The position numbers and the translations under genes were made by a program. The notes beneath the pieces were generated by a model. It had not been told where the DNA came from. It saw nothing but the letters and a program-made list of their open reading frames with translations, and did no database searches. From Rhodocyclaceae bacterium (GTDB lineage: Bacteria > Pseudomonadota > Gammaproteobacteria > Burkholderiales > Rhodocyclaceae), in the NCBI GenBank assembly GCA_018261935.1, contig JAGTRP010000014.1:27855-91854 (forward strand): a DNA stretch of 64,000 nucleotides, in the 5' to 3' direction. Position 1 is the first letter of the stretch. Each line of letters begins with the position of its first letter. Positions 37,360 through 45,917 of this stretch are shown in pieces.

Positions 37360-38448
37360 CTACCGGTGGGACTGGAGGAAGGAGTCCATCCTCATTTCCG
37401 CCACGCTGAACCAAGCGTTCTGGGTCTTCCGGTACTTCTCGTACTCGGTGAAGACCTTCTTGAAGGCCGGGTTCTTGCCCGCCTCATCGTGATAGAGATC
37501 GAAGGCAGCCTTGTAGGCGGCAGCCAGGATGTCGTCGGAGAATTTCTGCACCTTGACGCCGTTCTGCATGAGTTTGGCGAGGGCGATGGGGTTCTTGTGG
37601 TCGTATTCGGCCATCATGGTAACGTTGGCCTCGTAAGCGGCGGCCTGGAAAGCTTCCTGGTACTCCTTGGGCAGCTTGGCCCATTCGGCCTTGTTCACGA
37701 AGAAGTGGATGGTCGGGCCCGGCTCCCACCAGCCGGGGTAGTAGTAGTTCTTGGCCACCTTGTAGAAGCCCAGCTTCTCGTCGTCGTAGGGGCCGACCCA
37801 CTCGGCGGCATCGATAGTGCCTTTCTCCAGGGCCGGATAGATGTCACCGCCGGCGATTTGCTGGGGCACGACGCCCAGGGCTGAAAAAACGGTGCCGCCC
37901 AGGCCGGCGATCCGCATCTTGACCCCCTTCAGGTCGGCCACGGTCTTCACTTCCTTGCGCCACCAGCCGCCCATCTGGGTGCCGGTATTGCCGCCGGCGA
38001 AGGAAAGGACGTTGTAGTTGGAATAGAACTCGTCCAGGACCTTCTGGCCGCCGCCGTAGTAGATCCAGGCGTTCATCTGGCGGGCATTCATGCCGAAGGG
38101 AACGGCGGTGCCGAAGCCGAAGGTCTTGTCCTTGCCGACGTAATAATAGGAACAGGTGTGGCAGCATTCCACCGTGCCCTGCTGGACGGCATCCAGGGCC
38201 TGCAGGCCGGGGACGATCTCGCCGCCGGCAAAGACGCGGATGTCGAATTTCCCGCCAGTCATGGCCCGCAGCCGGTTGGCCAGCACTTCGGCGCCGCCGT
38301 AGATGGTATCCAGGCTCTTGGGGAAGCTGGAGGTCAGGCGCCACTTGATGTTGGGCAGCTCGGCGGCGATGGCCGGGGCGGCCAAGGTGGTGGCGGCGCC
38401 GGCGGCGGCGCCGAGGGAAGCCTTCTTCAGGAAATCGCGACGTTGCAT
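37360..38448 (-). CDS. TRAP transporter substrate-binding protein (DctP-type, Tat signal)
   Basis: Twin-arginine signal MQRRDFLKKASLGAAAGAATTLAAPAIA. Periplasmic-binding-protein-like body. Confidence 0.85.
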   Translation of the reverse strand: MQRRDFLKKASLGAAAGAATTLAAPAIAAELPNIKWRLTSSFPKSLDTIYGGAEVLANRLRAMTGGKFDIRVFAGGEIVPGLQALDAVQQGTVECCHTCSYYYVGKDKTFGFGTAVPFGMNARQMNAWIYYGGGQKVLDEFYSNYNVLSFAGGNTGTQMGGWWRKEVKTVADLKGVKMRIAGLGGTVFSALGVVPQQIAGGDIYPALEKGTIDAAEWVGPYDDEKLGFYKVAKNYYYPGWWEPGPTIHFFVNKAEWAKLPKEYQEAFQAAAYEANVTMMAEYDHKNPIALAKLMQNGVKVQKFSDDILAAAYKAAFDLYHDEAGKNPAFKKVFTEYEKYRKTQNAWFSVAEMRMDSFLQSHR

Positions 38449-38539
38449 TTTGTCTCCTCCGGAATAGTTGGGAACGTCAAGCCTCGCGGCTCATGACATT
38501 TTCAACCAAACAAAATGCTTTTGCGAGTACGGAAAACCC

Positions 38540-39883
38540 TTATTCGCCTGCCAGCGTCATGCGGTCGATGAGGATGGAGCCGGTCTGCTTGGAGCCCCGC
38601 ACCAGCACGTCGCGGCCCACCGCCACGATGCCCGCGAACATGTCCTTCAGATTGCCGGCGATGGTGATTTCCTCCACCGGGTAGGCAATTTCACCATTTT
38701 CCACCCAGTAGCCCGCCGCCCCCCGGGAATAGTCGCCGGTGACGTAATTGACGCCCTGCCCCAGGAGTTCGGTCACCAGCAGCCCCCGGCCCATGAGCTT
38801 CAGGAGGCCGGCGAAATCGTGCTGACCCGGCTCGATGATGAGGTTGTGGCTGCCGCCGGCGTTGCCGGTGGTCTGCATGCCGAGTTTGCGGGCGGTATAG
38901 ACGTTGAGGAAATAGCCCTGCAGGATGCCGCCGTCGATCACCTCCCGGTCCCGGGTGGTGACGCCGTCGTTGTCGAAGGCCGAGCTCCCGAGCCCCTTCG
39001 GCACATGGGGCCGCTCGCTGACGCGGACGAAGTCCGGGAAAATCTTCTTGCCCAGGTGATCCACCAGGAAAGAGGCCTTGCGGTAGAGGGCGCCGCCGCT
39101 GGCAGCGTGGACGAAGCTGCCGAGCAGCCCCGCCGCCAGCGGTGCTTCGAACAGCACCGGCACTTCCGCCGTCTTCACCCGGCGCCCGCCCAAGCGGGCC
39201 AGGGCTCGCTGCGCCGCCGTAGCGCCGACGCTTTCGGCGCCGTCGAGTTCGGCAGCATCCCGCCGGGTGGTGTACCAGTCGTCCCGCTGCATGGCGTCCT
39301 GCTCCCCGGCAATCACGGAGCAGGCGATGTAGTGCCGGGACGTCGGGTAGCCCCCCATGAAGCCGAGACTATTGGCGGCCACGAACTGGGCCTCCTGGGT
39401 GGACACGGTGGCTCCCTCGGAATTGCTGATCCGGGGGCTGACATCGAAGGCCGCCTGCTCGCAGCGGCGGGCGGAATCGATGGCGGCCTCCACCGACAGG
39501 TCCCAGGGATGGTAGAGGTCGAGATCCGGGCAGTCGGTTGCCAGGAGTTCCTTGTCGGGCAGGCCGGCGCAGTCGTCCTCAGCGGTAAAGCGGGCGATGT
39601 TGAGGGCCGCCTCCACCGTGTCCCGGAGGGCCTTGGCGGAGAAGTCCGACGTGCTCGCATAGCCCTTTCGCTGGCCGGAATAGATGGTGATGCCGATGCC
39701 CTTGTCCCGGTTGTACTCGATGGTCTCCACTTCGCCGCAGCGCACTCCCACCGACTGCCCGAAGCCTTCCGACACATCGACCTCGCAGGCCGAGGCCCCC
39801 TTGGCCTTGGCATGATCCAGAACATCCTGCGCCAATTGCTGCAGGGTGGCGAAAGGATAGGAAAAACGGGAACTATCGGGCAT
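38540..39883 (-). CDS. pmbA: metalloprotease PmbA (TldD/PmbA family)
   Basis: 447 aa. C-terminus GAAGYWVENGEIAYPVEEITIAGNLKDMF is typical of PmbA. Divergent from yjgA, as in E. coli. Confidence 0.9.
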   Translation of the reverse strand: MPDSSRFSYPFATLQQLAQDVLDHAKAKGASACEVDVSEGFGQSVGVRCGEVETIEYNRDKGIGITIYSGQRKGYASTSDFSAKALRDTVEAALNIARFTAEDDCAGLPDKELLATDCPDLDLYHPWDLSVEAAIDSARRCEQAAFDVSPRISNSEGATVSTQEAQFVAANSLGFMGGYPTSRHYIACSVIAGEQDAMQRDDWYTTRRDAAELDGAESVGATAAQRALARLGGRRVKTAEVPVLFEAPLAAGLLGSFVHAASGGALYRKASFLVDHLGKKIFPDFVRVSERPHVPKGLGSSAFDNDGVTTRDREVIDGGILQGYFLNVYTARKLGMQTTGNAGGSHNLIIEPGQHDFAGLLKLMGRGLLVTELLGQGVNYVTGDYSRGAAGYWVENGEIAYPVEEITIAGNLKDMFAGIVAVGRDVLVRGSKQTGSILIDRMTLAGE

Positions 39884-39941
39884 GTAAGCGGCGTCCTAGC
39901 GGGAAAGCGTTATCATAGCAGCCCCCTGAAAGCCCCCCATC

Positions 39942-40454
39942 ATGCAAGACGAAGAATTCAACGAAGCCGGACAGCGCCCCTCGAAAACCCGCCGCAAGGA
40001 AGCCATGCACGAACTGCAGGATCTCGGCGCCGCCCTGGTGGAACTCTCCCCCGGCCAGCTGAAGCGGATCAACCTGCCGGAAGATCTCCTGGCCGCCGTC
40101 CTGGAATGGCAGCGTTTTTCCAAGCACGAGGCCAAGCGCCGGCAGCTCCAGTACATCGGCAAGCTGATGCGCAGCATCGATCCGGAACCCATCCAGGCGG
40201 GCCTCGCCTTGCTGCGGGGCGAATCGGCCGAAGAGACGGCCCGGCTCCACCGCCGGGAGCGCCTGCGGGTCCGGCTCCTGGAGGACGAAAAGGTCCTGTC
40301 CGAAATCGCCACCACCTGGCCCCACGCCGACCTGACCCAGCTGCGCCAGCTGCGCCGCAATGCCCTCAAGGAGCAGGAAGCCGGCAAGCCGCCGAAGAGC
40401 TTCCGGCAGATTTTCCAGGTATTGAAGGAGCTGGAAGAGCATGAATCCGAATGA
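39942..40454 (+). CDS. yjgA: ribosome-associated protein YjgA (DUF615)
   Basis: PSKTRRKEAMHELQDLGAALVELSPGQLKRINLPEDLLAAV. Basic, helical, 170 aa. Confidence 0.8.
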   Translation: MQDEEFNEAGQRPSKTRRKEAMHELQDLGAALVELSPGQLKRINLPEDLLAAVLEWQRFSKHEAKRRQLQYIGKLMRSIDPEPIQAGLALLRGESAEETARLHRRERLRVRLLEDEKVLSEIATTWPHADLTQLRQLRRNALKEQEAGKPPKSFRQIFQVLKELEEHESE

Positions 40455-41031
40455 CGAGTTGTTGATTGGCCTGGTGTCGATCAGCGATCGGGCGTCGAGC
40501 GGCGTGTACGAGGACAAGGGCATCCCGGCCCTGCAGGAATGGTTCGGCGCCGCCCTCGCCTCGCCCTGGCGCATGGAAACCCGGCTCATACCGGACGACC
40601 GGGCGACCATCGAGGCGACGCTGGTCGAACTCGTGGACACCGCGGGCTGCCATCTGGTTCTGACCACCGGCGGCACCGGCCCCGCCCCCCGGGATGTCAC
40701 CCCGGAAGCCACCCTGGCCGTGGCCGACAAGGTCATGCCCGGCTTCGGCGAGGAAATGCGCCGCATCAGCCTCAATTTCGTGCCCACCGCCATCCTCTCC
40801 CGGCAGATGGGCGTCATCCGCAAGCAGGCCCTCATCCTCAACCTGCCGGGCCAGCCGAAAGCCATCAAGGAAACCCTGGAAGGGGTGCGGGGCCAGGACG
40901 GCGAGGTGATGCACACCGGCATCTTCGCCGCCGTCCCTTATTGCATCGACCTGATCGGCGGCCCCTATATCGAAACGAACGAGGCCGTGATCAAGGCCTT
41001 CCGGCCCAAATCGGCCATCCGCCCCCGGTAG
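40441..41031 (+). CDS. mog: molybdopterin adenylyltransferase Mog
   Basis: IGLVSISDRASSGVYEDKGIPAL … LVLTTGGTGPAPRDVTPEAT … PGFGEEMR … LNLPGQPKAIKETL. Confidence 0.9.
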   Translation: MNPNDELLIGLVSISDRASSGVYEDKGIPALQEWFGAALASPWRMETRLIPDDRATIEATLVELVDTAGCHLVLTTGGTGPAPRDVTPEATLAVADKVMPGFGEEMRRISLNFVPTAILSRQMGVIRKQALILNLPGQPKAIKETLEGVRGQDGEVMHTGIFAAVPYCIDLIGGPYIETNEAVIKAFRPKSAIRPR

Positions 41032-42582
41032 TTATTCGGCGGTGAGGGCCCGGTAACGGGCAACCCCGTAATCGGTGGTGCGCTCCACCAACGCCACCGG
41101 CGTCAGCAGTAGGCGCTGCCCGTCCTGCTCCAGTTCCAGGCTTTCCCGGGGATCAAAAACGGCGGGCGGGAGGATGAACCGCATTTCCCCGGCCTCTCCG
41201 CCATCTTCGAGCCGCAGGGCGGCAAAGTCCGGACCGGCGCTCTGACCGGACGGGCTGCGGGGCTTGAGTTCCACCGCCGCCGCCTGCTTGGCCATGCACT
41301 CGATCCCGACCCGGAGATCGCCGTCGGCATGGCGGTGGCAGCGGCGGACGATGCCGACCAGCCAGTTGTCCCCGCCCTCGGGCTGCAGGGCGAGAAGGGC
41401 ACCGATCTTGAGCCATTCGGCGGGCATGGCCTGGATCACGGCACCGAAGCCGCCCAGGCTCACGTCCTCCACCACCCAACTTTCCATCCCCGGCTCCCCG
41501 GGCTGGTCGTCGGCATTCCGGGAAAAGGCAGCCAAGGCCTGGCTGAACCCGCCCAGGACCGCCATGCGATGTTTGTCGACCTGATGGCGGCGATGCTGGC
41601 GCTGGGGAGGAATCGGCGCCAAGCAGGCGGCGAGGTGCTTGAGGACCGGCAACACCGTGCGGACGGGATAAAGGCCGCCGAGGTTCAGTTCCGGCGGCAG
41701 GTCGTGCCCCTTTTCCAGATCCCGCACCAGCGCCTCCAGGTGGCCGTGGGCATCGCCTGGCTGGAAGAAGCGCAGCCCCGGGGTGGGCTCCTTGGGCAGA
41801 TGCACCAGGCGCCTGGGCGGCTGGGCCTGGGCCAGGTCCACCCAATAGACGCTGTCGGGGCGTCCTTCCGGTCCGAAAACGAAATGGGGAATGAAGTGGG
41901 CGATCAATCGTTCCGCCAGCTCCACCTCCAGGGGCAGCAGGCAATCCACGGAGGATGCCTGGAAAACCAGGACCTTGAGATATTCCTGGGCGACAGTGGT
42001 CATGGCCGCCGGCTGGGGATAGAGCTGCACCGGACGGCTTGCCGCACCCACCTCCTCGGCCACCCGGCAAGCATGGCCGAGATGGGCCCAGAGAGCCGAG
42101 GCGTCGGGGGCGTAATGGAAGCAATCCCACTTGTTCACGGCCCCCAGGGCGCCGACCAGCCGCCCGCACAGGAGCGGCAGCACGGGCTTCAGACTGTCGG
42201 GCACCTTGCCCTTGGCGACGGCGGACTGGAGGCACTGCTCGTAGCCCGCAGCCAGGAGATGCCAGAAGCCGCGGATGATGGACCACAGCCGCTTTTCCTC
42301 GGCCCGGGACATGCGGGAGCTTTGCAGGTAGTCCCGGGACAGGCGGCGAAGATGGGGCTGGGCCGCCTCATCCAGCTGCCTGACCACCTCCAGCCGCAGT
42401 TCCGCCGGGAAATCGTCCGCCCCGTCCAGGGATTCCAGCCAGCCGGCGACTTCGTCCAGGGTCTTGAAGCCATTGTCGGCCGGCAGCTCGGCCAGGACGC
42501 GGCGCAACGCCTTGGGATCGGCCAAGGGATGGTCAATCCTGGGCCCCAGCAGGCCGCCCAAACTCCCGATTTTCGCCAACAT
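41032..42582 (-). CDS. hypothetical 516-aa protein with PilZ-like C-terminal domain
   Basis: ATG at 42582 preceded by GGAGGAATGCG. The C-terminal third carries RQHRR (aa 328-332) and DVSLGG (aa 373-378), resembling the PilZ RxxxR / DxSxxG motifs. The 829-aa track ORF is an artefactual extension into the aminopeptidase gene. Confidence 0.55.
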   Translation of the reverse strand: MLAKIGSLGGLLGPRIDHPLADPKALRRVLAELPADNGFKTLDEVAGWLESLDGADDFPAELRLEVVRQLDEAAQPHLRRLSRDYLQSSRMSRAEEKRLWSIIRGFWHLLAAGYEQCLQSAVAKGKVPDSLKPVLPLLCGRLVGALGAVNKWDCFHYAPDASALWAHLGHACRVAEEVGAASRPVQLYPQPAAMTTVAQEYLKVLVFQASSVDCLLPLEVELAERLIAHFIPHFVFGPEGRPDSVYWVDLAQAQPPRRLVHLPKEPTPGLRFFQPGDAHGHLEALVRDLEKGHDLPPELNLGGLYPVRTVLPVLKHLAACLAPIPPQRQHRRHQVDKHRMAVLGGFSQALAAFSRNADDQPGEPGMESWVVEDVSLGGFGAVIQAMPAEWLKIGALLALQPEGGDNWLVGIVRRCHRHADGDLRVGIECMAKQAAAVELKPRSPSGQSAGPDFAALRLEDGGEAGEMRFILPPAVFDPRESLELEQDGQRLLLTPVALVERTTDYGVARYRALTAE

Positions 42583-42635
42583 CGCATTCCTCCATGCTCT
42601 GCCTTGCCGAATCGGGCAAAGTTTATACCATGGTG

Positions 42636-44117
42636 CTAGCTGGTAGAGGCGGTTCTCTTCCCGGCTTCCAGCCAGTCGCACAGGAGCTTCATGCCCCAGG
42701 CCACGCCGAAGCCGGTCTGTTCCGAAGCGATGGCCCCCAGCCCGCCCTCGCAGCTCGCCGCCGACAGGTCCATGTGCAGCCACGGCAGGTCGCCGACGAA
42801 GCGCTTGAGGAAGAGGGCCGCCAGGATATGGTCGGCCTCGCCGTCGAGGGAACACTGCTTGATGTCGGCCACGTCGCTGTCGAGGGCCTCCTCGTAATCC
42901 TCGTCCAGGGGGAAGATGCACACCCGCTCGCCGCTTTCCACCCCCGCCTGGACCGCCTGCCGGGCGAGTTCGCCAGTACTGGCGAAGACGCCGCCGTAGC
43001 GGGTTCCCAGGGCGGACAGCATGCTGCCGGTGAGGGTCGCGAAGTCCATGAGCAGGGCCGGCTTCTCCCGGGCGGCCAGGGTCAGGGTGTCGGCCAGCAC
43101 CATGCGCCCCTCGGCGTCGGTGTCCACCACCTCGATGGTGGTGCCATCCAGGGCGGTCACCACGTCCCCCTGCCGGTAAGCCTGGGGCGAGATTTCGTTG
43201 CGGGCGAGGGCCAGCCAGGCATCGATGCGCACCGGCAGCTGCAGCCGGGTAGCCGCCACCAGAATGGAGAGGGCCACCGCCGACCCCGCCATGTCCTCGT
43301 GCATACCGGCCATGTACTTGGGCGGCTTCAAATTGTGGCCGCCGGTATCGAAGCAAATGCCCTTGCCGACCAGTGCCACGGCCCCCGCGTGGGCGCCCGA
43401 GGGGACATAGGAGAGGCGGACAATGGCGGCGTCGCCGACCGGGCTGCCCTGGGCCACGGCCAGGAAGGCCCCGGCCCCCAGATCGGAGAGGCGCTGGAGG
43501 TCGAACTCTTCCATGCCCCAACCCAGGTCTACCGCCATTTCGGCGAGGCGCTCCCGGTAGGCTGCCGGCGTCAGGGTATTGGGCGGCAGGGCCGTCAGCA
43601 TGCGGGCCAGCAAGTTGGCCTCGGCCAGGCTGGCGCTCACCGGCGAAAGGAGCTCGATGCCCCAGAGGTCAAGGGACTGCAGGGGCTTGGGCGCATCTTC
43701 CCGCTTGAGCGAAGGGAGCGGCGTGCCATTGGCGAGCCCCACGTAGGCGGCCAATTCCCCGGCCCAGGCCCGGAAAGCGTCATCCCCCAGGAGCAGCACC
43801 TGGAGGCTGGCAGGCTCTTCGTCCAGGAGGGCGTCGAAGGCCTCGCGCAACTGGGAAAGCAGCTGGAAGCGGGATTTTTTGGCGTCCAGCATCGTCCAAA
43901 CTCGCAGGCCGCCCTGGGGGCCGTTGGCCACTGTGGGGTCGGAGTGGAGCTTGTCGGTATTCTTGTTGCGCCGGGCCAGGGCTGCCAGAAGGAGTTTGCG
44001 GTCGGGACAGTCTTCCGGCACCTCGTCCGCGGCCGGCATCAGGACCAGCACATGATCGAGCTTAGCCAGTCGGCTGGAGGCCGGCAATTCAGGATGGGTT
44101 GTCAGGGAAGCCAGCAT
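42636..44117 (-). CDS. M17 family leucyl aminopeptidase-like protein
   Basis: [16 protein letters not shown] and [13 protein letters not shown] metal-site motifs. Confidence 0.85.
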   Translation of the reverse strand: MLASLTTHPELPASSRLAKLDHVLVLMPAADEVPEDCPDRKLLLAALARRNKNTDKLHSDPTVANGPQGGLRVWTMLDAKKSRFQLLSQLREAFDALLDEEPASLQVLLLGDDAFRAWAGELAAYVGLANGTPLPSLKREDAPKPLQSLDLWGIELLSPVSASLAEANLLARMLTALPPNTLTPAAYRERLAEMAVDLGWGMEEFDLQRLSDLGAGAFLAVAQGSPVGDAAIVRLSYVPSGAHAGAVALVGKGICFDTGGHNLKPPKYMAGMHEDMAGSAVALSILVAATRLQLPVRIDAWLALARNEISPQAYRQGDVVTALDGTTIEVVDTDAEGRMVLADTLTLAAREKPALLMDFATLTGSMLSALGTRYGGVFASTGELARQAVQAGVESGERVCIFPLDEDYEEALDSDVADIKQCSLDGEADHILAALFLKRFVGDLPWLHMDLSAASCEGGLGAIASEQTGFGVAWGMKLLCDWLEAGKRTASTS

Positions 44118-44155
44118 ATAATCTTCGTTTCATTTCGGCCGCGCATTATAGGTCC

Positions 44156-44950
44156 ATGCAACCCTACCTCGATCTCATGCGGCACGTGCTGGAGCACGGC
44201 CACGACAAGTCGGACCGCACCGGCACCGGCACCCGTTCCGTCTTCGGCTGGCAGATGCGCTTTGACCTCGCCCGGGGCTTTCCGGTGATGACCACCAAGA
44301 AGCTGCATCTCAAGTCGATCATCCACGAACTCCTCTGGTTCCTCCAGGGCGACACGAACATCCGCTACCTGCAGGAAAACGGCGTCCGCATCTGGGACGA
44401 ATGGGCCGACGAGAACGGCGACCTGGGTCCGGTGTACGGCAAGCAGTGGCGGCGCTGGGAAACCCCCGACGGCCGGGTCGTGGACCAGATCGGCCAGCTC
44501 GTGGACAGCCTCAAGCACAACCCGGACTCCCGCCGCCATATCGTCTCGGCCTGGAACCCCGGCGACGTGGATCACATGGCCCTGCCCCCCTGCCATTGCC
44601 TCTTCCAGTTCTACGTGGCGGGCGGCAAGCTCTCCTGCCAGCTCTACCAGCGCAGCGCCGACATCTTCCTGGGGGTGCCCTTCAACATCGCCTCCTACGC
44701 CCTCCTCACCCTGATGCTGGCCCAGGTCTGCGGCTACCAGCCGGGGGAGTTCGTGCATACCTTCGGCGATGCCCATATCTACTCCAACCACTTCGAACAG
44801 GCCCGGCTGCAACTCTCCCGGGAACCCCGGCCGCTGCCCAGGATGTGGATCAATCCCGAGGTGAAGGATCTCTTCGCCTTCCGCTTCGAGGATTTCCGCC
44901 TCGAAGGCTACGATCCCCACCCCCACATCGCGGCCCCGGTAGCGGTGTAA
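44156..44950 (+). CDS. thyA: thymidylate synthase
   Basis: ATG at 44156 gives 264 aa: [15 protein letters not shown]…DRTGTGT…, with active site [13 protein letters not shown]. Confidence 0.95.
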   Translation: MQPYLDLMRHVLEHGHDKSDRTGTGTRSVFGWQMRFDLARGFPVMTTKKLHLKSIIHELLWFLQGDTNIRYLQENGVRIWDEWADENGDLGPVYGKQWRRWETPDGRVVDQIGQLVDSLKHNPDSRRHIVSAWNPGDVDHMALPPCHCLFQFYVAGGKLSCQLYQRSADIFLGVPFNIASYALLTLMLAQVCGYQPGEFVHTFGDAHIYSNHFEQARLQLSREPRPLPRMWINPEVKDLFAFRFEDFRLEGYDPHPHIAAPVAV

Positions 44951-44960
44951 GGAAAACTCA

Positions 44961-45917
44961 ATGATTCTCGGCGGCGACCTCGGCGGCACCAAAACCCTCC
45001 TGGCGCTGGCCGAGGTGGCCGGCGGCCGGCCGACCGTCGTCCGGGAAGAGCGCCTGGACAGCCGCGCCTATCCCCGCTTCGAGGATTTGCTGGCCGCCTT
45101 CCTGCGGGGCCAGACCGGCGTCCAATGCGCCTGCTTCGGGCTCGCCGGCCCCACCGCCATCGATGGGCGCAGCGGCCAGCTCACCAACCTGCCCTGGAAG
45201 CTCGATGCCCCTACCCTGGAAAAAGCCTTCGGCATCGGACAGGTCATCCTTGCCAACGACTTCGCCACCGCCGCCCATGGCCTCGAGCTCCTGGAGCCGG
45301 GTCAAATCGCCACCCTGCAGACGGGCCTGCCCGTGGAGCGCGCCCCCCGGGTCATCCTCGGGGCCGGCACCGGGCTCGGGGTGGCGGGGCTGGTCTGGCA
45401 GGATGGGCGCTACCGTGTCATCCCCGGCGAAGGGGGGCATATGGGCTTCGCTCCCCACAACCTCAAGGGAATCGAACTCTGGCGCTGGCTCTTCGACCAA
45501 TACGGGCGGGCGACAGTGGAGGACATCGTGTCCGGCCCCGGCCTCGCCCGGGTCTACCGGTTCCTGAGTGGAGTCGACAAGACGCCGGCGGAAGTGGGAG
45601 ACGCCGCCCTCGCCGGCACCGACCCCCTCGCCGTCGAAGCCCTGGAATTCTGGCTTTCCGCCTACGGCGCCTTTGCCGGCGACCTGGCGATGAAATGGCT
45701 GGCCTATGGGGGCGTCTTCATCGCCGGCGGGGTGGCGGCCAAGCTCATGCCCCGAGCCTTCATCCAGCCCTTCCTGGAAGCCTTCAACGCCAAGCGGGAG
45801 CACCGGCACATCGCCGAGGCCATGCCCATCCACCTGGTCACCGAGGAACGCCTGGGCCTTCTGGGCGCTATCGCCCTGGCGGCCGATCAGATTCCGCCGT
45901 CGCCCACCAAGGCATAG
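44961..45917 (+). CDS. glk: glucokinase
   Basis: MILGGDLGGTKT ATP-binding N-terminus and Glk-like body. 10 nt after thyA, with SD AAGGAAAA. Confidence 0.85.
   Translation: MILGGDLGGTKTLLALAEVAGGRPTVVREERLDSRAYPRFEDLLAAFLRGQTGVQCACFGLAGPTAIDGRSGQLTNLPWKLDAPTLEKAFGIGQVILANDFATAAHGLELLEPGQIATLQTGLPVERAPRVILGAGTGLGVAGLVWQDGRYRVIPGEGGHMGFAPHNLKGIELWRWLFDQYGRATVEDIVSGPGLARVYRFLSGVDKTPAEVGDAALAGTDPLAVEALEFWLSAYGAFAGDLAMKWLAYGGVFIAGGVAAKLMPRAFIQPFLEAFNAKREHRHIAEAMPIHLVTEERLGLLGAIALAADQIPPSPTKA

Noticed and set aside
41032-43521. 829-aa ORF that would fuse the PilZ-like protein with upstream sequence overlapping the M17 aminopeptidase gene.
   Set aside because: The N-terminal 313 aa are Arg/Gly/Pro-rich out-of-frame read-through of the aminopeptidase gene. 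A proper ATG with GGAGG lies at 42582, in the gap after the aminopeptidase stop (42636).
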